From NCBI GenBank assembly GCA_045113475.1, contig JBGUIY010000068.1, positions 1 through 48,697 of the forward strand: a stretch of 48,697 nt of DNA, in the 5' to 3' direction. The position numbers and the translations under genes were made by a program. This DNA is from Christensenellales bacterium (GTDB taxonomy: Bacteria; Bacillota; Clostridia; Christensenellales; Aristaeellaceae). This document shows, piece after piece, positions 1-7,057 of the stretch. The notes beneath the pieces were generated by a model that saw only the letters and a program-made list of their open reading frames with translations, was not told the DNA's origin and made no database searches. Within the stretch, counting starts at the first letter, position 1; each line of letters opens with the position of its first letter.

Positions 1-41
1 CGGGCCGTATCCCGGAACACTGAGGGGCATGGGAGGTACAG

Positions 42-821
42 ATGAACATACAGGTCGCGGAGGGCATCCTGATCCCGTTCCTGGGCACCAGCCTGGGAGC
101 GGCCATGGTGTTTTTCCTGAAAAAGCAGATTTCGTCCGGCGTGCAGAAGGCGCTGACCGGGTTCGCTGCCGGGGTCATGGTGGCGGCTTCCTTCTGGAGC
201 CTGCTGCAGCCGGCTCTGGAGAGCAGCGCGCATTTGGGAGCGCTCGCCTTTATGCCTGCGGCCGTGGGCTTCCTGATCGGCATGGGGTTCCTGCTGGCGC
301 TGGACATGGTCACGCCGCACATGCACATGGACCGGCAGAACGAAGGCCCGCGCAGCGGCTTCAGGCGCACCACCAAGCTGATCCTGGCCGTGACGCTGCA
401 CAACATTCCCGAGGGCATGGCGGTGGGCGTGGTCTATGCGGGATATCTGGCGGGGGATACCGGCATCACCGCCGCCGGCGCGCTCGTGCTGGCCCTGGGC
501 ATCGCCATCCAGAACTTTCCGGAAGGCGCGATCGTTTCCATGCCGCTGCTGGCGGAAGGGATGCCGAGGCGGAAGACCTTCTGGATGGGCGTGCTCTCCG
601 GCGCGGTGGAGCCGGCCGCGGCGGTCGTTACCCTGCTGGCGGCGGGACTGGTCACGCCGGTGATGCCCTATTTCCTGGCTTTCGCCGCCGGCGCCATGAT
701 GTATGTGGTGGTGGAGGAGCTGATCCCCGAAATGTCGGAGGGCAAGCACTCCAATATCGGCACGATCGCCTTCTCCATGGGCTTCGTGGTGATGATGATC
801 CTGGATGTCACGCTGGGATGA
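42..821 (+). CDS. ZIP (ZupT-like) divalent metal permease
   Basis: 259-aa ORF with GGGAGG 5 nt upstream of the ATG. Multi-pass hydrophobic protein with paired HNxPEG-type motifs (LHNIPEGMAVG, IQNFPEGAIV) typical of ZIP/ZupT transporters. Confidence 0.8.
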   Translation: MNIQVAEGILIPFLGTSLGAAMVFFLKKQISSGVQKALTGFAAGVMVAASFWSLLQPALESSAHLGALAFMPAAVGFLIGMGFLLALDMVTPHMHMDRQNEGPRSGFRRTTKLILAVTLHNIPEGMAVGVVYAGYLAGDTGITAAGALVLALGIAIQNFPEGAIVSMPLLAEGMPRRKTFWMGVLSGAVEPAAAVVTLLAAGLVTPVMPYFLAFAAGAMMYVVVEELIPEMSEGKHSNIGTIAFSMGFVVMMILDVTLG

Positions 822-839
822 GCTCGGGAGGCGACAGGA

Positions 840-1346
840 ATGAGCATTGCGGTGATCCTGACGGAAATGGCCGTTTTTGCGGCCCTGTTTACGGCGATGG
901 TGCTGTTCACGTACAGAGGGGACGGGAAATACAGCGCTGGGTGCATCCACAACTATCCCCCGGACATCCAGGAGGCGTACTTCAGGACCCACCGGCGTGT
1001 GGACGTGAGCCTCCGCTCGAAAAAAGTCGCGCTGACCAAAGGCGCCGGCATCCTGCTGTTTACGGCCGTCCTGTCCGCCTGCGCGCTGCTGGCGGGTGCG
1101 CGGACCTTCCTTCAGGGCTTCTGGCTGACCTTCGGCCTGATGGTGTGGATCGGCGCATACGATACTTTTTTCCTGGACTGGGTGCTGTTTGCCAACCTGA
1201 AGATGTTCCGGCTGGAAGGCACCGAACATATGGACAGGGCGTATCACCAGAAATGGTTCCACCTGAAAGGCATGCTGTTTCCGGGGATCGTCTTCGCGCT
1301 GATCCCCGCGGCGCTGGCGGGACTGCTGGTCTCCTTCGTCCGATAA
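840..1346 (+). CDS. hypothetical integral membrane protein
   Basis: 168-aa ORF starting 18 nt after the ZIP stop, with GGGAGG 9 nt upstream. Several hydrophobic helices. No family recognised. Confidence 0.6.
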   Translation: MSIAVILTEMAVFAALFTAMVLFTYRGDGKYSAGCIHNYPPDIQEAYFRTHRRVDVSLRSKKVALTKGAGILLFTAVLSACALLAGARTFLQGFWLTFGLMVWIGAYDTFFLDWVLFANLKMFRLEGTEHMDRAYHQKWFHLKGMLFPGIVFALIPAALAGLLVSFVR

Positions 1347-1383
1347 GGCAGGCCTGAAACAAACTGATATAATCCAAGGCGAA

Positions 1384-1442
1384 GCATCTCCCCCGCAGAG
1401 GCCGCCGCCCGGCGGCTGTATGGACGGGGGAGACGCTTTTTT
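1384..1442 (+). terminator. rho-independent terminator after 840-1346
   Basis: Stem GCATCTCCCCCG (1384-1395) pairs with CGGGGGAGACGC (1425-1436), one mismatch. Followed by TTTTTT (1437-1442). Confidence 0.6.
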
Positions 1443-1471
1443 GCGCTTCGCCGGGAGCCGTGCCGGCGGCA

Positions 1472-1500
1472 TTGCTTTTCAGGGCGGAAAATGGTATACT
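1472..1500 (+). promoter_or_regulatory. sigma-70-like promoter (extended -10)
   Basis: TTGCTT (1472-1477), 17-nt spacer, TATACT (1495-1500), with TG at 1492-1493. Lies 20 nt upstream of the ATG at 1520. Confidence 0.4.
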
Positions 1501-1519
1501 TTGTACAGGAGGCCTGATA

Positions 1520-1963
1520 ATGATCGAAGAACTGCTGAATAAACCCTATTGGATTGTCGATATCCTGCCGGAACAGGCGCCGCCGGAGCGCGGCAGGCAG
1601 TACCGCCGGTTCGAGGAATACTGGCTGCAGGAGCCCCGGAGGAGCGCCCTTCGCAGGCGTTTTGCCGATATACTGATGAAGCTGAGCTGCTACGGAGGAC
1701 TCAGGGTCTGTACGCCGGACGAAAGCCGCGTCTGGGAGGACCCCGAGCCGATGCAGCTGGTTTCCCTGCTGACGGATCAGGAACTGGACTGCCTGATCCT
1801 GCTGGAGGGCGGCTGCTGCCTGATCACCGTGTACCGCAGCGACACCTATATGACCGTTTACGCCCCGTCCGGAAGGCTCCTGGAGCGCCTCAGGGCACTG
1901 GCCGCGTCCGAAGGCCTGTTCTGCTGGCAGCCGCCGCAGGAAGCCGGGGCTGGAGTGTCGTGA
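1520..1963 (+). CDS. hypothetical protein
   Basis: ATG at 1520 is preceded by AGGAGG (1507-1512). The longer ORF-track start at 1460 has no RBS. No family recognised. Confidence 0.55.
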   Translation: MIEELLNKPYWIVDILPEQAPPERGRQYRRFEEYWLQEPRRSALRRRFADILMKLSCYGGLRVCTPDESRVWEDPEPMQLVSLLTDQELDCLILLEGGCCLITVYRSDTYMTVYAPSGRLLERLRALAASEGLFCWQPPQEAGAGVS

Positions 1964-1998
1964 CATCACGCGTCGAACGCCGATAAGGAGGAAGCGCC

Positions 1999-4005
1999 AT
2001 GCATATTCTGGAAGGAAAAGCCCTGCGGTACGCCCTGGATGAAAAGAGCCGGGTGGTTAGCGTGTACAACCGCCTGACCGCGCACGAGTACGTGTATATG
2101 CCCGGTGAGCTTTGGAAGCTCATTTATCAGGAGGGGGAGAGGACCGAGATCCCGGTATACGCCTCGGACCAGGACGCTGTCTTTACCGAGGAGCCCGGCC
2201 GGCTGACGGTCACATACAGCGGCATCCGGGGCGACGGGCGGACGCTGGACGCGGACCTGCGCGTCGTACTGGAGATGGATGACCGGGGCCTGACGGCCCG
2301 GACCGAGATCGAGAACCGCGACGGACAGGCGCAGATCATGGAGATCTCCCTGACGGCGGTGTCCGGTGTGCGTTCCCTTGGCGGCGATGCGGAGCGGGAC
2401 GCCATCGCCTGGCCGCTGCAGATGGGCATCCGGGTCCCGTGCCCGGCGTTCAGCGACCTGTCGGTATACTCCGGCTTCCGCAAGTATGAGCGGCACGACC
2501 AGTTCCACACGGACCTGGACAATCCCTACCCCGGCGGCACCAGCATGCAGTGGTACGACTGGTACAACGGGAACGAGGGGCTCTACGTGGGCTCCCACGA
2601 CACCAGCCAGCACACCATCTGCCTGCACGTGGAGCGGGACGTCCGCAGCAACGTGCTGCGCATGGGCGTCAACCGCTATCCCATGCTGGGCAGGGGCGAA
2701 AGCTGGCGCAGCGCGCCCACCGTGTACCGGCCGCATAAGGGAGACTGGCACCAGGGGGCGAAGTTCTACCGTGAGTTCATGCTCGGCAGCGGGCACTGGG
2801 CCGCGCCGGATCAGCCGGATTGGGTGCGGGATTTCAGCGGCTGGCTGCGGCTGATCTTTAAGCAGCACCACGGCGAGTGCAACTGGGTTTTCAGCGACAT
2901 TCCCCGTCTGTACGACGAGGCGGAGGCCGCCGGCATGAAAACCATCTTCCTGCTGGGCTGGGAGCGGGGCGGGTTCGCCCGCCGGTGGCCGGACTATGTG
3001 GTGGACGAGCGGATGGGCGGCGAAGCCGGACTGAAAAAGGCCATCGACTACGTGCACGCAAAGGGCGGAAAGGTGATCATGTTCCTGTCCTACGCCCTGA
3101 TCGACCATCAGAGCGATTTCTACCTGAAGGAGGGCGGCAGCGCCTGCACGATCAAATCCATGTGGGGCGAAGACATCCCCTTCGCGGAAACCTACTGCGG
3201 CGAAGGCACCTACCGCAAGATCCCGAACCCGCCCATGCCCATGTACCTGAGCTGCCCGGGCTCCGACCTGTGGCAGGAAAAGATGGTTGCCTCCGCCAAC
3301 ACCTGCCTGGATCTGGGCGCAGATGGCGTGCTGTACGATATCGGCGGCCACCTGCCCTTCTTCTGCTACGACCCGTCCCACGGCCACAGGAAGCCCAGTC
3401 ACTCCCACGAGCGCAAGGGCGAGCGCTACCAGGGCCTCCGGGAAAATGTCAAGCGGTACGGCAGCGGCCGCGCCGTGCTGCAGGAGCACGTGGTCGACGT
3501 CCTCAGCCAGCACATGGACATCTGCCAGAGCGTAAACAGCTGCAGACAGCCGGACGACATGGTGGAGATGTTCCGCTATACCTTCCCCGAGCTGGTCATC
3601 ACCAACCGCGAGTGCGGGCAGGACGAGAGCGACTATCGCAACGACGTCAACCGTACGGCCCTCCTGGGCCTGCGCTACGATATGACCATCTACCGCTGCT
3701 GCGGCACCCTGTCGGATATCCCGCGCTATGCGGCCTATCTGGCGGAGGTCAACGCCCTGCGGGCCGGGCACGCGGACACCCTGCTGCGCGGCCGGTTCGT
3801 GGACGAGGACGGCTTCCGCTGGAGCAACCACGCCCTCCGCGCCAAGGGCTACGTCGGCAGCCGCGGGCAGGAAAGCGTGCTGCTGTGGAATCCCACCGAC
3901 GAATCGCTGACCACCGCCGTCAACTTCGACAACGGCGTTTCGGGCGAATTCACCGTCGCACCCCAGAGCCTGGCCGTGGCCGACAGCGAACCGCCGGCAA
4001 CGTAA
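1999..4005 (+). CDS. large cytoplasmic hypothetical protein, possibly a glycoside-hydrolase-like TIM-barrel enzyme
   Basis: 668-aa ORF with AAGGAGG 7 nt upstream and no signal peptide. Segments such as IFLLGWERGGFARRWPDY and GADGVLYDIGG resemble uncharacterised GH-like families. Function not established. Confidence 0.55.
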   Translation: MHILEGKALRYALDEKSRVVSVYNRLTAHEYVYMPGELWKLIYQEGERTEIPVYASDQDAVFTEEPGRLTVTYSGIRGDGRTLDADLRVVLEMDDRGLTARTEIENRDGQAQIMEISLTAVSGVRSLGGDAERDAIAWPLQMGIRVPCPAFSDLSVYSGFRKYERHDQFHTDLDNPYPGGTSMQWYDWYNGNEGLYVGSHDTSQHTICLHVERDVRSNVLRMGVNRYPMLGRGESWRSAPTVYRPHKGDWHQGAKFYREFMLGSGHWAAPDQPDWVRDFSGWLRLIFKQHHGECNWVFSDIPRLYDEAEAAGMKTIFLLGWERGGFARRWPDYVVDERMGGEAGLKKAIDYVHAKGGKVIMFLSYALIDHQSDFYLKEGGSACTIKSMWGEDIPFAETYCGEGTYRKIPNPPMPMYLSCPGSDLWQEKMVASANTCLDLGADGVLYDIGGHLPFFCYDPSHGHRKPSHSHERKGERYQGLRENVKRYGSGRAVLQEHVVDVLSQHMDICQSVNSCRQPDDMVEMFRYTFPELVITNRECGQDESDYRNDVNRTALLGLRYDMTIYRCCGTLSDIPRYAAYLAEVNALRAGHADTLLRGRFVDEDGFRWSNHALRAKGYVGSRGQESVLLWNPTDESLTTAVNFDNGVSGEFTVAPQSLAVADSEPPAT

Positions 4006-4059
4006 AGGCACGCAAGCGTCAGCTTGTTTCCCTGTATACAGACCGGAGAGAGCGGGGAA

Positions 4060-4170
4060 GAGTGGAGTGAGGAGAGTGGAGAGTGGAGAGTGGAGAGTGG
4101 AGGTAGCGGCGGCGCCTGCGCCGCCATGAGTGAGGAGTGAGTAATGAGGAGTGAGGAGTGAATAGTGACG
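4060..4170 (+). repeat. heptamer-array composite repeat, copy 1
   Basis: GAGTGGA heptamers: one at 4060-4066 and four perfect tandem copies at 4074-4101. Then a GC palindrome, GGCGGCGC-CT-GCGCCGCC (4108-4125). Then six GAGTGAG-type heptamers (4128-4169). Begins 54 nt after the stop of 1999-4005. Confidence 0.8.
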
Positions 4171-4403
4171 GAAAAAAGTCTGGCTGTAGGGGCGGGACAC
4201 TGGCCCGCCCGTCCTGTCGGCGTATGGACAACGAGGCAGATCCAATGCGATTTTTCTCCATTCACAGGCGGATCAATTTACCAGACAATCCCGTGTTATC
4301 TTGCTTTCCAATGGTCAACAGACAACGATCGGGACCCGCCGCAGAACAGATTCCTCGCAATCCGCATACAGCGGATGCTCGGAATGACAGGCGGGGGTGT
4401 TTT

Positions 4404-4467
4404 GTAAATCTGACGGATATCGTTATGCCGCTTCATTTTTACCATATCCCTCGCTGTCATCCTGAAC
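4404..4467 (+). repeat. distal block of the dispersed element, copy 1
   Basis: GTAAATCTGACGGATATCGTTATG...TTTTTACCATATCCC...GTCATCCTGAAC aligns by eye at ~75% identity with 29183-29244. Confidence 0.65.
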
Positions 4468-4623
4468 AGGGCGACGGCAGGAGCCCGTCGTGAAGGATCT
4501 GTTCTGCTGCACAGAGGTCAACAGGCATCATACTGTATGGCCGGATCACCCGATCTGCTCGTGGCCATTCAATCATGTCTACTCCGACAGCGCCGCGGAA
4601 ATATTCCGGTGAAGGTATAACAG

Positions 4624-4672
4624 ACGAAAAAAAGTGCCTCCGTTCCGTTGTTCTTCAACGGCCGGAGGCACT
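4624..4672 (-). terminator. rho-independent terminator of the AKR gene 4711-5832
   Basis: 10-bp stem AGTGCCTCCG (4633-4642) pairs with CGGAGGCACT (4663-4672). Inner stem CCGTTG/CAACGG. On the minus strand the hairpin is followed by a T-run (complement of the A-run at 4626-4633). Confidence 0.7.
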
Positions 4673-4710
4673 TTGTTCATTTGGTCAGCACCGCGTTTTT
4701 CATATCCCCT

Positions 4711-5832
4711 TCAGCTCTCCAGCTCGCGGCACTTCTCCAGCAGGGAGATGACCGGCAGGTGCTGGGGACAGGCGGATTCGCACTGGCCGCACTGGATGCA
4801 GTCGCTGGCACGGCCCTTTTCGCGGGTGACGTTGGTGTATTCGCGGACGATCCGGAAATGCGCGCTGCCCTTCTGGCGGTTGTAGACGGTGAAGATATCG
4901 GGGATCGGGATGTTCATGGGGCAGCCCTTGACGCAGTAGCGGCAGGCGGTGCAGGGGATGGACTTATCCATGTTCAGGGCTTCCTGCGCCTCGGCGATGA
5001 CGGCGCGCTCCGCGTCGTTCAAAGGATGGAAATCCTTCATATAGCTCAGGTTGTCTTCCATCTGCCCGAGTGTGCTCATACCGCTCAGGACCATCATCAC
5101 GTTATCCAGGCTCGCGGCGTAGCGGATGGCCCAGCTGGAGTAGGACAGGCCGTTCCCGGCTTTGTCGAATACCGCTTTGACCGCGGGGATGGGCTCTGCC
5201 AGCACGCCGCCCTTGACCGGCTCCATGATCACGACGGGCTTGCCGTGGGCCTTGCAGATCTCCCAGTTGCGGCGGGAGCTCACACCTGGATTCTCCCAGT
5301 CCGCGTAGTTGATCTGCAGCTGGACGAAATCGATCTCCGGATGCGCGCAGAGCAGCTCCTCCAGGAGTTCGGGATCGGCGTGGAAGGAAAAGCCGTAGCG
5401 CCTGATCAGGCCCTTCGCCTTCTGCTCCGCGGCGAAATCCCAGATATGGTACTCATCGTACTTTTTGTAATTGTTGCGCTGGAGGGCGTGCAGCAGATAA
5501 TAATCGAAATAGCCCGCGCCGGTGCGCTCCAGGCTGGTATAGAACTGCTGCCTGGCGCTGGCCTCGTCGTGGCACTGCTGCCAGGCGCACAGCTTGGTGC
5601 AGAGGGTATAGGCTTCCCGGGGATAGCGGTCCGCCACCGCCGCTTTGAAAGCCGCCTCGCTGCGCCCGCCGTCGTACACGTAGGCGGTGTCGAAATAGGT
5701 GCCGCCCGCGGCGATGAAGCGGTCGGCCATCTCGCAGACCTGGGGGATGTCGGTGCTGCCGTCGGCGTTCTTGGGCAGGCGCATCAGGCCGAAGCCCAGT
5801 TTGAGCGTCTTTTTATCCGGATGGTCACTCAT
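4711..5832 (-). CDS. aldo/keto reductase fused to a C-terminal 4Fe-4S ferredoxin-like domain
   Basis: Start taken at ATG 5832 (MSDHPDKK...), with GAAGGAG upstream. AKR motifs LGFGLMRLP and YFDTAYVYDGG. C-terminal CTACRYCVKGCP and CIQCGQCESACP cysteine clusters. Confidence 0.8.
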   Translation of the reverse strand: MSDHPDKKTLKLGFGLMRLPKNADGSTDIPQVCEMADRFIAAGGTYFDTAYVYDGGRSEAAFKAAVADRYPREAYTLCTKLCAWQQCHDEASARQQFYTSLERTGAGYFDYYLLHALQRNNYKKYDEYHIWDFAAEQKAKGLIRRYGFSFHADPELLEELLCAHPEIDFVQLQINYADWENPGVSSRRNWEICKAHGKPVVIMEPVKGGVLAEPIPAVKAVFDKAGNGLSYSSWAIRYAASLDNVMMVLSGMSTLGQMEDNLSYMKDFHPLNDAERAVIAEAQEALNMDKSIPCTACRYCVKGCPMNIPIPDIFTVYNRQKGSAHFRIVREYTNVTREKGRASDCIQCGQCESACPQHLPVISLLEKCRELES

Positions 5833-5866
5833 GTCGCGTTCTCCTTCTTGCTGTCTGCGCCGCGAT

Positions 5867-7039
5867 TTATATGCGCGCGACGCCGGTATCCCTCGCGGCC
5901 TGGGCAACGGCCTTCGCCACTGCGGGCCCTACCCGCGGGTCGAATGCCTGGGGCATGATGTGTTCCGCGTTCAGTTCGCTGTCGGACACCAGCCCGGCGA
6001 TGGCGCGGGAGGCGGCCTGCTTCATGGCTTCGTTGATCTCCTTCGCGCGCACGTCCAGCGCGCCGCGGAAGATGCCGGGGAACGCCAGCACGTTGTTGAT
6101 CTGGTTCGGGTAGTCGCTGCGTCCGCAGCCTACCACGGCGGCGCCGGCGGCTTTCGCCTCGTCGGGGAAGATCTCCGGCGTCGGATTGGCCATGGGGAAG
6201 ACGCAGGCGTCCGCCGCCATGGAGCGGATCATGTCCGGGCTTACGATGCCGGGGGCGGAAACGCCGATGAACACGTCCGCGCCTTTCATCGCGTCCGCCA
6301 GCGTGCCGCGCAGGTGCGCGCGGTTGGTGACGAGGCTCATTTCCCGCTGGGCGTCGTTCAGCTCCGCCATGCCTTCGCAGATCACGCCGAAGCGGTCCAC
6401 CAGGGTGATATTCCGGGCGCCCATGTTCAGCAAGTGCTTTGAAATCGCGATCCCGGCGGAACCGGCGCCGTTGACCACGATCCGGACTTCCGGCAGGCGC
6501 TTGCCCACCACGCGCAGCGCGTTCAGCAGCGCCGCGGCCACCACCACGGCGGTGCCGTGCTGGTCGTCGTGGAAGACGGGGATATCACAGATCTCCTTGA
6601 GCCGCCGCTCCACCTCGAAGCAGCGCGGCGCGGCGATGTCCTCCAGGTTGATGCCGCCGAAGGAGCCGGACAGCAGGTATATCGTGCGCACCAGCTCGTC
6701 CACGTCCTTTGTGCGGATGCAGAGCGGGAAAGCGTCCACGTCCGCGAAGGCCTTGAAGAGGCTGCACTTGCCCTCCATGACCGGCATGCCCGCTTCCGGC
6801 CCGATGTCGCCCAGGCCCAGCACCGCGGAGCCGTCCGTGATGACGGCCACCAGGTTGCTGCGGCGGGTCAGCCGGTAGGACAGCTCCGGGTCCTTCTGGA
6901 TCGCCAGGCAGGGCTCCGCCACGCCGGGGGTATATGCCAGGGACAGTTCATGGGCGTTGGTGACCGGCACCCGGGAAACGACTTCGATCTTGCCGTGCCA
7001 CTGCCCGTGGGCCCGGAGCGCTTCTTCCTTGATGCTCAT
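5867..7039 (-). CDS. NAD(P)-dependent malic enzyme
   Basis: 390 aa. N-terminal LAYTPGVAEPC, VITDGSAVLGLGDIGPEAGMPVMEGK and GGINLEDI motifs are characteristic of short bacterial malic enzymes. Confidence 0.85.
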   Translation of the reverse strand: MSIKEEALRAHGQWHGKIEVVSRVPVTNAHELSLAYTPGVAEPCLAIQKDPELSYRLTRRSNLVAVITDGSAVLGLGDIGPEAGMPVMEGKCSLFKAFADVDAFPLCIRTKDVDELVRTIYLLSGSFGGINLEDIAAPRCFEVERRLKEICDIPVFHDDQHGTAVVVAAALLNALRVVGKRLPEVRIVVNGAGSAGIAISKHLLNMGARNITLVDRFGVICEGMAELNDAQREMSLVTNRAHLRGTLADAMKGADVFIGVSAPGIVSPDMIRSMAADACVFPMANPTPEIFPDEAKAAGAAVVGCGRSDYPNQINNVLAFPGIFRGALDVRAKEINEAMKQAASRAIAGLVSDSELNAEHIMPQAFDPRVGPAVAKAVAQAARDTGVARI

Positions 7040-7057
7040 ACCGTCATGTTCTCCTTG

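Noticed and set aside
4060-4170. Tandem short repeats considered as a CRISPR array.
   Set aside because: The units are 7 nt and contiguous, with no spacers of unique sequence. No 24-40-nt repeat is present and there are no cas genes in the window.
1966-4245. 759-aa minus-strand ORF, the longest in this part of the window.
   Set aside because: It is antisense to the 1999-4005 gene, which has a strong RBS and a sensible composition. The antisense product is Arg/Gly/Ala/His/Pro-rich with no start context. This is the typical shadow ORF of a high-GC genome. The same reasoning applies to 4648-5958 (+), 10244-11212 (+), 11318-12475 (+), 12558-13517 (-), 13357-14331 (-), 15393-16304 (-), 17588-18541 (-), 18737-19936 (-), 20226-21479 (-), 22161-23462 (-), 31184-32629 (+), 32544-33926 (+), 33713-34678 (+), 37812-38975 (-), 42300-43361 (-) and 47346-48308 (+).
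4158-4493. 111-aa and 80-aa ORFs in the 700-nt spacer after 1999-4005.
   Set aside because: They have no Shine-Dalgarno site. They lie entirely inside the dispersed non-coding repeat, whose second copy (28940-29245) does not preserve either frame.
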